Part shown: positions 47,760 to 57,939 of the stretch, piece after piece | Layout: each line of letters starts with the position of its first letter | How positions within the stretch are numbered: position 1 is the first letter of the stretch | From: Klebsormidium nitens | Lineage: Eukaryota > Plantae > Klebsormidiophyceae | Direction: 5' to 3' | Assembly: GCA_000708835.1 (NCBI GenBank) | Contig: DF237510.1 | Coordinates: 1-57,939, forward strand | DNA length: 57,939 nucleotides | Notes under the pieces: model-generated | Told to the model about the DNA's origin: nothing | Database searches by the model: none | Seen by the model: the letters and a program-made list of their open reading frames with translations, nothing else | Position numbers and translations under genes: made by a program

Positions 47760-50354
47760 CGCAGATCCGGAACGAGTGGCGCTGGCCCGATGCCCTCGAG
47801 GGAGATCCCCCCGTCTGGCGCGCCACGTCAGAGGGACCCCGCTCGACCGCCAGTTCCGCTTTGTCTTTTACACGTGGCGCGCCGGACACACGGCGCCAGC
47901 CAGCATGCGGACAGAGGGGCGCTGACGTCAGCCCGTGTGGACAGGGCGGTGCTGGCGTCAGCCCGGACCAGGCCCCGCTATTGCTGCTTCAGCAGACAAG
48001 GCAGCAGTTGAGCACGGAAGAAGTTGCACGGTGAGAATTTTGGTGACGTGGCTGAACGGGTGCGGTTACTGGGTGGCATGGCCACCAATGAAACGGCAAA
48101 ACCTGGTGCGGTCACCGGCTGTGAGAAAGGTCTCGGAAGCTGTGGTTTTTGAGAAAGCGCGCCGAGACACTTTGCACCTTCGTCTTGCTGTTTTGGGTGT
48201 TGGCTTTCAAGGGGTCTCGAGGTTGTCCCGTTGCTCGTTTGTCCTGCTCTCTAAGTTTTGGGTTTCGAAGGTTTGGAGGGGTGGAACGGATCAGTGCAAT
48301 TTCTAGATGGGGCCATTGTTGCGTGGAACCTGCGGTTCAACATCAAGAAAGCTTGGCGGAGGCGCTGATATAAGTCGCGCGCTTTTTGGACGATGTGGCT
48401 TCATTTTGGCCAGACTACGGCACGCTTGTACGGAGTCTTTTGGCGATGTTTTGATATGGAAAGCGACTTACCTGCAAGATGTTTTCGAAGACGTCCGAGC
48501 GCCTTGCTAGAGGCTGAGGCCGCCTCATGGCTGAGAAGTATGTACAGTAAACCATCTTCATTGTGAAACCTCAAAAGCACGTGTTTAGTATGCTGGGGCT
48601 TTCAGCTGGGCTTGTGGCCGTCCGCTCGGAATGAAGGACTGTTCTGGTGTTCTAAAATGAGAAAGAGCAAAACTCAGTCGTCGAGGGAACTTTCAAAAGC
48701 CTTTCGAAGTCAAGCTCTTTCAAGTCGGAACTTGGACTACCAACCATGGGGGGAAGAGACATGATAATCAGTGACCAAGAGCGGGTGCGTACGTGGAGCT
48801 CGCGCAAAACGAGGTAAGGTCCTGCTGCAACTTGAAGATCATTTGCCTGCCTTCTGCTGCAGCTTGTCCACGGTTTCCCGATCGAATATTGTCGAACGCA
48901 GATCTATGTGCCGTTCGTACTGGCATCGGTCTCTTCTCAGTCTTACCGTATTCAGATATGTAAGTCACTAAGGATTTCTAGTTCTCCAGCATTCAATGGT
49001 TTTAGCAAAGACTTCTCTTCGAAGTGTATCTTTGGCAGTACATCTTTGCAACGGTTTTGATTGTGAGATGAGATAGACCACCATAAGCGTTGCAAGAAGA
49101 AGAATTGCCTACTAATTGATTCTGACCAACTGCTCCAGTTGATCTCGTTTGCTTCATCGCTAAGCTTTCGACGTCTGATTATGTTAGAACATGTTGATTT
49201 ACACCATCTGCTACATGAATATCTCAATTCGATCCCTGATGACGAATCTCGACTTCGACTCCAGTGATTCGTCTCATCGGAGTTTTCAGTGAGAAATTGA
49301 AGTCGCCACCATCGTTTTCCAACCATTCACGATTCGAAACCAGGTTACACCTAGTTATTTCTATCCGGGGTGGCTCCGGGGTACATCTGGACCTTTCAAT
49401 ACACGATACATCTCAATTTCGTAAGACCTTTCGAAACAGGACACGTGTGAACTTTCTTAACCAGGGTGCATCAGCGGTAGATTCTAAGCAGGACCCCTGA
49501 AACAGGTTGTCGGTTCGATTTTGTCTCTGCATCCAAGTTCTGGTGTTGTCTTGCTACTACGTCTCCAGATGCGACAGTCGAGTCCGATGTTTTCATGTCG
49601 AACTGTGCCGCTCTTCGTTTTGGCCCAGCCCTGGTCAGGCTTACGTGGTTCTCTTGTTTGACATATGATAAAGCTTTTGAGTCGGAGCTCCAATTCGAAA
49701 ATGGTAGACGGCCAGGCCAATCCAACATGAAAAAGAGTGGAGTCCGGGAATACAAGAAATACAAGAGAGGATAGTTGCGAATGCCTGACGGAAGAACCTG
49801 AACCGTACGTATCCACGCTTTGTGGATACATATGCAGATATCTGGAGTACAGAACAGCAGAGCGCTCAGTGAGCACATCAAATATAGCTAAAGTTGCTTC
49901 AAGCCCAGTCATGTGTGCTCTTCTGGAGTCATGTATTTCAGAAAATACTTTGTCTTCGGGACCAGTTTTGCCCGGACCCGATCGACTGGCCCGTTCATAT
50001 CAGATACATACATACACACATGGCGTCTTTCTCATGCAGGATCAAGGGATGACTGGAGCTCGGAGCTGCATTGAGGCCGAAGCGGGGTCACACGAGGCGA
50101 TGGATTGTTGCAGACATAGATATCAGGTTGCACCGGATCGAATCTTGTAGTGGAGAGGATATATGTATATCAGAGGTTACTTCGGATCAGGCTTGCAGAA
50201 ACATTACAACTGCAACGAGACACAAGTTTTGGTACACATATATACTTATTTCGAAACTGTTTTCACAAGCCCGGCTGTCCGGGCTGTCAATCAAGACACT
50301 GCTGATTCGCTTTTCGAACACGCTGGAATCTGGAACGCGGCTAAGTAAACTCCT

Positions 50355-50650
50355 CCCCGGGGTTCCGTCCGCTGCCCGGACTTGCTTGCCCGGACTTGTT
50401 TCTTGTGTTCCCCGAGCATGCGCGTTCCCCGGTGTATCAGCTTTTGCCCGGACTTCGTTGCCCGGAGTTTGCCTTCGTATTCCCCGGACATGTCTGTTCC
50501 CCGGGCTTCCTTACCCCGGGCAGCAGCTCGGGGAGTCATTTCCCCGGCCTTATCTCCGGGGAACCCTTGCCCAGGGATCCTCCAACCCCGGGCAAATCAT
50601 CCGCCAGCCCGTTGCCCGGCCTCAGGCCGGGGAAACCCCGGGCAGTAAGC
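50355..50650 (-). repeat. Right subterminal repeat region (multiple TTGCCCGG / CCCCGG motifs)
   Basis: Inverted counterparts of the left-end CCGGGCAA motifs. Confidence 0.8.
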
Positions 50651-50676
50651 CCGGGGAAACGGGAATCCGCCCTGTG
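50651..50676 (-). repeat. Right TIR
   Basis: CCGGGGAAACGGGAATCCGCCCTGTG, followed by TTT. Confidence 0.95.
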
Positions 50677-52627
50677 TTTGTCCGCCTCCTCGACATTCGA
50701 GAAATACAGATAGCGAAGCGGCCCGTCGAGCTGAGGACCGGAAGGATCCACAACCACAGCGCCCTTATGCAAAAGCGGACAAGGCACTTCGTGACTTATG
50801 CGAAAGATCGACACCTCAAACCGAAGAATCGGCCGCGGCCCCTCCGCAAACGAAGCTGGAAAAGTGAGCACGACTGCCGCCCCTTCTTTCAGGTCCGTAT
50901 CCGGCAAGTGCCGTACCCTCTCCTCCGGCAAAAGCGTTGGCGTATAAAACGCCGTTCCATCCTCTGGCGGCCACGTCTTGTGTCCAATTGCCTGGCACGA
51001 GATCGTGACGTACACCGGAAGACGTCCGTACGTTTGCAGGTGGAGCCGGACGCCCGTTTGGGTGACGTCAGAGATCCGGACCTCGAGGAACTCGAAGGGG
51101 CCCCAGGAAAAGGACCGGCTGACGTCAGAAATGAGGCACGCTGGCGTGTGCACCTGCATCTGCACTTTGCAAAGCGAGTCAGAAAAGAGGCCCGAGATGA
51201 CGGGGCTGCCGCGTACGTAATATTAACCGGAGAGTCATCGTTTAGGTTATCTGATGTGCTTCCGATCCGGGACGGGAAAAGGTGACACGTTTTGAAGTAC
51301 GCAGCTCGTGACACTGACCAGACGAAAGCTCGTGATTAGTCACAGCAGGACTACTATCACAGCAAGCACAATATAGACCTTCTCATGATTAACATAAATT
51401 TTGACCCGCGCACGTTTCAAGCCTTTCGTCAGCCTCGGGCCTTTTGATCCCTGTTGGAGGTTTGAAAAGGTGTCGGGTAATCTGCGTACTCGCCTTTTAA
51501 AAAACATCAATCTGACGTAGCTGGATTACGTCTTCATCAGAAAAGAACAGCAAGATTATGCCTCTCTTGCAATAGGTAAAGCATCAGTAAAACCGGCGTC
51601 CTTCCAGCAGCTACACCTTTGAACATTTTCATTGGAGGAAAGAACGTGCAGAATTCAGACCCTGGCTTAGTTGAGCAGGTTCAAGTTAACAGCTTCTTGC
51701 TGTAGAAGCCAGCGTAAAAGATGCTCTTAGAAGGTGACGGACAAACTTAGGGATTCCTGCGAACAAACCTGTCATTACTCATCTTCTGAATCGCCTGAAA
51801 GTTCACCCTCAAACAGCCGTAATCAAAGTTGTTTAATCTCTTCAGAACGTTTCCGTTTCCGGGACAACGGAGCTTGGCTCGGACCACGGCACGTCCAGAT
51901 CACTAGCACAGGAACAGATCAGCATTAACCAAGTTTGAAGTTGGTTGCGTGCCCATCTACCAAGAGAACGCAATTTATGTCTGGTTCGATGCTCTTTCAC
52001 CATTTGACAATAGGGGCAAAAGCTTCAACGTCTTGTGTGCAGATCAACCTTGCTTCATAATCGAGGATGCTCTTAAAATTTGAACAAAGCCTCTCACCTC
52101 ACTCGAAGCGTTTTGTTCACCGTCCCCCATTTGCAATCCTGGCTCACAACAGCTCTCAGAACCCTCAGGTTCAGGATAATCATCATGAGAGTGCCGTGCC
52201 GGGGAAATCATGTAAATGGCGAAGTAGACACCCCGCATGTAACACCGGAGTGTGGCCGCCACATGCACGTCAAACGCCAGGATGTGGTCGCCGTAAAACT
52301 CCCTCAAGAACGCCAGACTATCCTTCCGAGCTCTTTCCAAACTGTTGTGCGTCAGTTGGCCGGAGATCACGGTTGGATTGCCCGCGTGCACTACTGTCGT
52401 GCCTCCATAATAGCTAAAGCCGACGTCAGCGACCAGGACGGTGACCAGCTGTTTCTGCAATTCCGGTGTCCATTCGGAGGCCGGAAGGGAAGATGTGAGC
52501 AGAAAGGTTACTTGGGGAGATGTTCCGAATGGATGGACCTCGAACGGGTCGACGTACTTCAGGCTGGTTGTGGGGCTTGTCGCCGGAAATTGAAATACGA
52601 ACTCACTTGAGTGTAGGAAAGTCGCCA
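50677..52627 (-). pseudogene. 5' part of host gene C (unknown function), interrupted by the transposon
   Basis: Open frames 52627-52049 (MATFLHSSEF..., GT donor at 52048) and ~51165-50677 (...SRSFSWGPFEFLEVRISD...LYFSNVEEADK). Exact splicing between them is unresolved. The beta-rich segment may be MATH-like (weak). Confidence 0.6.
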
Positions 52628-54183
52628 TCGTTCTCAAATGTTGGCCAGGAAACAAAGCCAAAGCACCTGTCGCAGCCCCCAAACTAGTGGGTGTCAAGCT
52701 CAATGGACGGTGGACGGTCCCTATAATCAAAATCGGGCGTGATCGACTTGATCGAAAGACAGCGGCTAGCGGCAGGCGCCCGCAACCGCGCGGCCGCCGG
52801 TCGGACTCGGTTTCGGGTGCGGCCGCGTGCCCGCGCGGCGCGATAATGGCCCGTCCAGGTGGGCCACTCCCCGCCGGGTTCCAACCCTTTCGAAGCTGCT
52901 ACCGTCGAACTAGTCAGGGTTGACGACTCTTCAAACCATTGGAACCCGGCAAATTTGCCGGCCGTCGATGCAGCTATACGACTGATTAATACGGCAACCC
53001 TGTAGCAACGCCTGACAGGCCAAGCTTTGAACCGGTTTTGCCGCTCAAGCCCTCGCCGGTGGCGACGAGAGCGCTTTTCGGGGCCCGGGGTCAGCTAGCC
53101 AGGGCCTCTGCACAGCTCGACTTTTCGCGGCAAGAAGGGTCGCGAGGGAGACGATTGAAGGGGGAAGAATCCTTCATGCAAGGCTTGCTTTGTGCATGCC
53201 CCTGGCATATAATCAAAGGCATTGTGGAACAGAATTAATGGGTTTGCTTTTCGATCGATCGTCCGATGAAGACGCGCAAGCTATAATGACCTTCTTCCGA
53301 CCATCTTGTGGCCTACTTGAGCTGCCACGTCGGTACAGAAGCCGCCGCTTTTCGAAAGCACAAAGATCGACGGTGGGGTTGCCAACAGAACTTTCAATTA
53401 AAGTTTGGTGGCCTCGGGCACTTGGTGCAGTGCACGAGTTCAATGTTTTTTGAAAGCGCTAGGTTTTCTTATATGTATAAGCATCGGGCAGAAGCGCTTG
53501 TTAACGGCTCCGGCGAGGCCGCCTCAAACACGATACGCGCCGGGATGCATGGTTGAGTTGAAGAATGACAGAAGACTGATTCTTGCCAAGAACACCTTGC
53601 ATGTATCAATGAACGGGGTTCAAGCAGTCGCGTGGCGGCGCGCGTGAGTTATTTCAAGTTTGGATTTTCTATCTGGCGCGCACCGCGTGGTGCATGCTGT
53701 TGCACTGCACAGTGGCCATGATGCACTTCGATCGAGTCCACTCAGTTGAATCTGATCGCGATCATCATGTATGCTCGGAGCCGCCACGACTGGAAGTGGC
53801 GGAACGTAAACATATCAACCATCGCATGAAGATGTCAGCCATGGTGGGTCCGGGGACTAGCTTCGTTTCAATGTAATGTTTAAACGACGGGCGCCATATA
53901 GATGGTTGCAATAATGTCTCTTGCCAGCCGCAGGCTAGCATTCAACGGGAATGGTTCAGATAATGCCGACTTGCTTGGCGCACGCATCTCTGAACACCTC
54001 GTATATATGCAATACAGGCACACGAAGATCCAACATGCGGTTGACCTGTTCCTGACGTCGTTAGCAATGTATATGCATGCCAACCACTTATTCTGATTTC
54101 TGATTGTAGTGGACAACTCAGAAACAGCTTCCGCTCAAAATAATCGGCCTCAATATTCCGACAGTACCTTGGCTACAATGGAA

Positions 54184-57100
54184 TCAAGAAGCAATTTGAG
54201 GCATTGTCCGTCGGGGCAGCACCCTCGAAATGGTGGCGAGCTGTTCGACTGAGAGCGGGTCCTGTTGCAAGGCATCCCGAAGTTGGGCTCGCATGACCTG
54301 CAGCCAGGCAAAGACGCTCTTCAGACATAATTCGCATAACACTGCAAGAACGAGATGATTAATCTGAACTTACTGAAACCCCAAATCGCTCGGACTGCTT
54401 TCAATTGTCAGCACGTGACCGGCAGACACTAAGCACCGACTAAGACATGCAGAAGCCTGCTTCAGACCTTAGTGGACGATGTTTTGGATGGGGACTGATC
54501 ATTACACCAGGCGGTGTGCGCAGCGATGAATCTTTCAAGAATCAGTGCTCTTTCAAACCTGGCGGTGGAAGAACGGGTCGAAAGGGCGTAAACGTCCAAT
54601 CGTGCCTAAACGGACCTTAGCGTCTTGACTGTTTGACACGCAGCCTGTTCTTGGCCGTTTAGCAGCTACTAGGGAACTAGAAATTCAAGCGGAATAAACG
54701 TCGAGCCGATGGGGATCACCGGACACGACTAAAGTCGTTGCCGGTGTGGCAGACTACTGTGCAAAGGCAAGACGCTCGCTCTCCAACGTACAGCAGAAGA
54801 CAAGTTTTTTTTGGCCACTGCCAGCAAGCAACGCCACGGAAAGCGTGGACGTTCACCGACACGATAAAGAAACTTCGACCTTCGTGAAAATCAAGTAGAT
54901 TTGCGAAATATCGAAGTTGAATGAAGACAAGAACAATCCGGCAAATCTGCTCGCTACGAATTGAAGCCGCAAGGCTGGAATCCGACCGATGATATGAAGG
55001 AACCTTCCGTCTGGAACGCTGAAACGGCAATAACGCTCTCCCAAAACTAGAACAGATAAACTGAATCAAGGAGACTCTGACGGCTTGTATGGTCAAACCC
55101 TCATCCCGCTTCGAGGGTAACAACAGGTAAAAGTTCGTAAATCTGCACGATCAGCTTTTTGAGGACGAGTAGCCTTTTGCGATGACGAGAGGCCTTTGGA
55201 TTAGCAGCTCCGATCTGAACGCCTTCTCAGTATTCGCCACCCGCTCAATTGCTCTCACAAAGAAACCTTTTCTGTCCGCCAAAGCTCAATCGACACATGT
55301 CACTACGTGCTTACCTGCACGACCTGCTCTCGGATCGGTTCGGCGTCTGCCCCGTGGTCCACGAGCAGCCACTCCAGCCAAGAGTCGACGTTGGCTGACG
55401 TCACCTCCACGAGCTGGATGACGTCAGCGCACAGGCCCGGGACGCCGCATGCGTCAGCGAGCGAGAGGACCTCCTGAAGACACAACAGGGCGTGACAGTC
55501 ATTGTACTGAACGTAACTCGGATCAGATGTGAGCATCTCAATATGCGGGCGCATAAAGGATGTGGTCACTCCTTCCAAAATCGTGCGCTCGACGGCCTGG
55601 AAGTAACAAGGATCCCGAGCAGGCTGGCCGAGGAACATCGAGAAGCGCTCCAGCATCGAGCGAGAAAGATGAATCCAAGCACAGAGCCAATGTCAATAAG
55701 TTGACCCGCGGATTAGTGTCCAGATGTTCAGCGATTTACAGTCTGAGCTGTCCAGACCTAGGGTACTCTGGGCCTTTACCTCCAACTTGGATCAACCTCA
55801 AGGTCTAAACTTTGCCCTGGGTTGTAAAGGAAGTAACCCATGTGACTGCTTATGGGAAGGTCCCATTATACGCTCGTACTTTCTTTGGATGCCTCCGATT
55901 AGGTACGGATACGCAACATTTCAACAGCAGAGCGCTTCCAAGGCCACAATATCAGAGGTGTGCTGCCGAGTCCCGTCGGTATGCTTCTAATGCTCAGGAA
56001 CTCGACGCCAAGCACCAAGAAACATACGATGAAGGGGTCAAAAGCCATCCTTCTGACTGTACGGGGAATACGAACTTCACCGTGAAAAAGGGACGGTCAC
56101 TGGAGTTGATTGGATAACGTCAGCACCCAAGCGAGACACCGCCGAACCTGAAATGCCAGTAAGAAACGCACCTGGAGCAACAGACTTTCTGGATTCACTT
56201 CGTACAACGACCGAAGGTCCCCATACAGGCCTTGCAGGAAGAGTTTGAGCGACTCTGCTCCGGCGGGGCAAGGCAGGCGCAGGCGCAGTTTGTTGTGCAG
56301 GTTCCAGGTGGTCGTCCCCGACCACTCCTCTCGCAACTTCGCCTCAAAGTAGGGCACGTCGATCAGGACGGCGGAGTGTGCCGCAGCCTCTATGCTATCC
56401 TACGAGCAAAAACAGGATTCGTTTAGGAAGAAAAGCAGAGGGCAAGCAGCGAAAGCTTGTTCAAGTACTCACTTGGCGCCATGACGCTCTGAACGAAATT
56501 GCAGATGATCAAGGGGTGTTAACGACGGCTTTTGTAATGGATACAGGCTCCTCTGCAGAACGTTGTTGTGGACTTTTCAGACCTCTACATGTGCCAATTG
56601 TTTGCTACCACTTCAAGCTCCGTTCCTTACAGCCCTCGTATTGCGCTTGCCCCAGGAAAGGGCCAAAAGAAGGAAAACATGTTCCTCCTACCTGCGATTA
56701 TTGCACACTGATCAATCTCTGGAGTGCGCAGAACATTCGACATACGATCTTCGAGAAGCAGGGAGTCATATTCGATGCTTGTTGAAAGAAGTGACTTCTT
56801 CTCCTGGCTTGCAACTGCAGACAAGCGCAAGTATTCTCTTAACAGACTTTTGGGGAAGCACCGCATGCTTTTGCATGCTGTCAGCAAAGAACTGGATAGA
56901 GGGGTCAGATAACCACTCACCCCACATACAAGAACAGTGTCTCCTGTCCGATCTGCTGTTTCTAGCAACGCGCTCTTTGTCTCAGGCGCTTTCTTGCAGC
57001 GTAGCCGAGTCCAGTCCGGCTTAGGCATCCTCCGTGACACAGAGAGATTGAAGTGAAACATCATATAATCACCTCTCGTCGTGAACCTCAAAAGTCCAGC

Positions 57101-57626
57101 GCTTGCAAACCTCGTCTGACCGCCCACTAGGAGCATTAACCAACTTCAGGATTCCGGGATCAAAAGTGGAAGCGTCGCCATTGAGCTCCCGAGCGTTGCA
57201 CACTTCAAGACCTGCTAGAACTGGCAGGCAGAAGTGTGGGCCTCCATCCGCTGCAGTTATAGTCAAGCACCTTGTTGGATCAAAATATACCATCCAAAGC
57301 TTTGGGTCGCCAGTATACGCAGCACCTCTTGTTTGAGTCACACTTAAATCTGCACTATGAAAGGCAAAGCAATCCTGCAACGAGAAGCCTAGCACATAGT
57401 GCTTTCTTTCAAGACATGCTATGTTTTGGCGCACGAAGACTTTGAAGCACATCTTGACCTCTCGGAGAACCTCCCTGGGTGCTGTGCTTGACGCAGGGGA
57501 TTGCTCAGCGCATGCATTGGCGCATGGTGGTAGGTTTCCAGGTGCCTCTGAGAACCCCGCCAATGATGGAGCAGGGTCGATAATATTGACAGAAGTGGAG
57601 TACGGCGTGCACAACAAATTGCTCAT
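54184..57626 (-). CDS. BTB/POZ-domain protein, paralog B (one apparent +1 frameshift near 57072; possible pseudogene)
   Basis: Exons 57626-56921, 56399-56172 (228 nt), 55473-55315 (159), 54297-54184 (114). The last three sizes and all phases are identical to paralog A. Peptides PYFEAKLREEWSGTT-WNLHNKLRLRLPC and ADAC..P.LCADVI..VEVTS.NV.SWLEWLL are shared with A. Confidence 0.72.
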
Positions 57627-57939
57627 GGTTATGATCCCCCTGTAATACTTGCAGCAAAGTCCACTTAGCTGCCACTAGCTTGTAGATACCAGGTGATTTG
57701 TTGTGGTGTAGGCGGGCTACTGTATCCAATCAGAAGAGCAGACATAGGATCAGACAAGACACTACAATGCAGACAAATATGGTTGCATCACAAGCTCTCT
57801 TCACTTATCAAATCCTGACCAAGTTGGATTCTTTATGCAGGTTAACCCTAGCTTCCTCCGTGCAGCTCCACTTCCAATAATGCCCACTGCTCCGCCAATG
57901 CTGCCTATAATTAAACTTAAAGGGTAAGGTCAGTCACAC

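Larger units (their letters stand above)
31092..50676. mobile_element. 19,585-bp CMC/EnSpm (CACTA-type) DNA transposon with CACAG termini
   Basis: Perfect 26-bp TIRs, TTT on both flanks (31089-31091, 50677-50679), CCGGGCAA-rich subterminal repeats in opposite orientation at the two ends, an internal CACTA-type transposase, and an in-frame empty-site reconstruction. Confidence 0.92.

Noticed and set aside
50071-51285. 404-aa plus-strand ORF spanning the right TIR
   Set aside because: It crosses the transposon-host junction, is made of subterminal repeats plus the antisense of gene C, and has R/P-biased composition.

Overview
Eukaryotic, intron-rich nuclear DNA from a streptophyte. A Klebsormidium-like charophyte alga is the best guess from gene content and splice style (inference). 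Left to right: the 5' part of TASH3 (TPLATE/TSET complex, minus strand, running off the left edge), head-to-head with a complete 13-exon granule-bound starch synthase (GBSS, 627 aa). Next come a gene-poor interval with a possible LINE remnant, a DUF202/YidH gene and a BTB/POZ gene (+). A 19,585-bp CMC/EnSpm(CACTA)-type DNA transposon follows (31092-50676; perfect 26-bp TIRs starting CACAG, 3-bp TSD TTT). It has an apparently intact transposase and a divergent multi-exon SAM + PHD-like gene, and it splits a host ORF in frame. Last is an inverted paralog of the BTB gene (-). The most striking unexplained pattern is that many exon boundaries in five genes have decaying tandem copies ('echoes') in the adjacent intron at about 130-210 bp spacing, mostly 150-190 bp, up to a 7-copy array. 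All alignments and exon models were made by eye.
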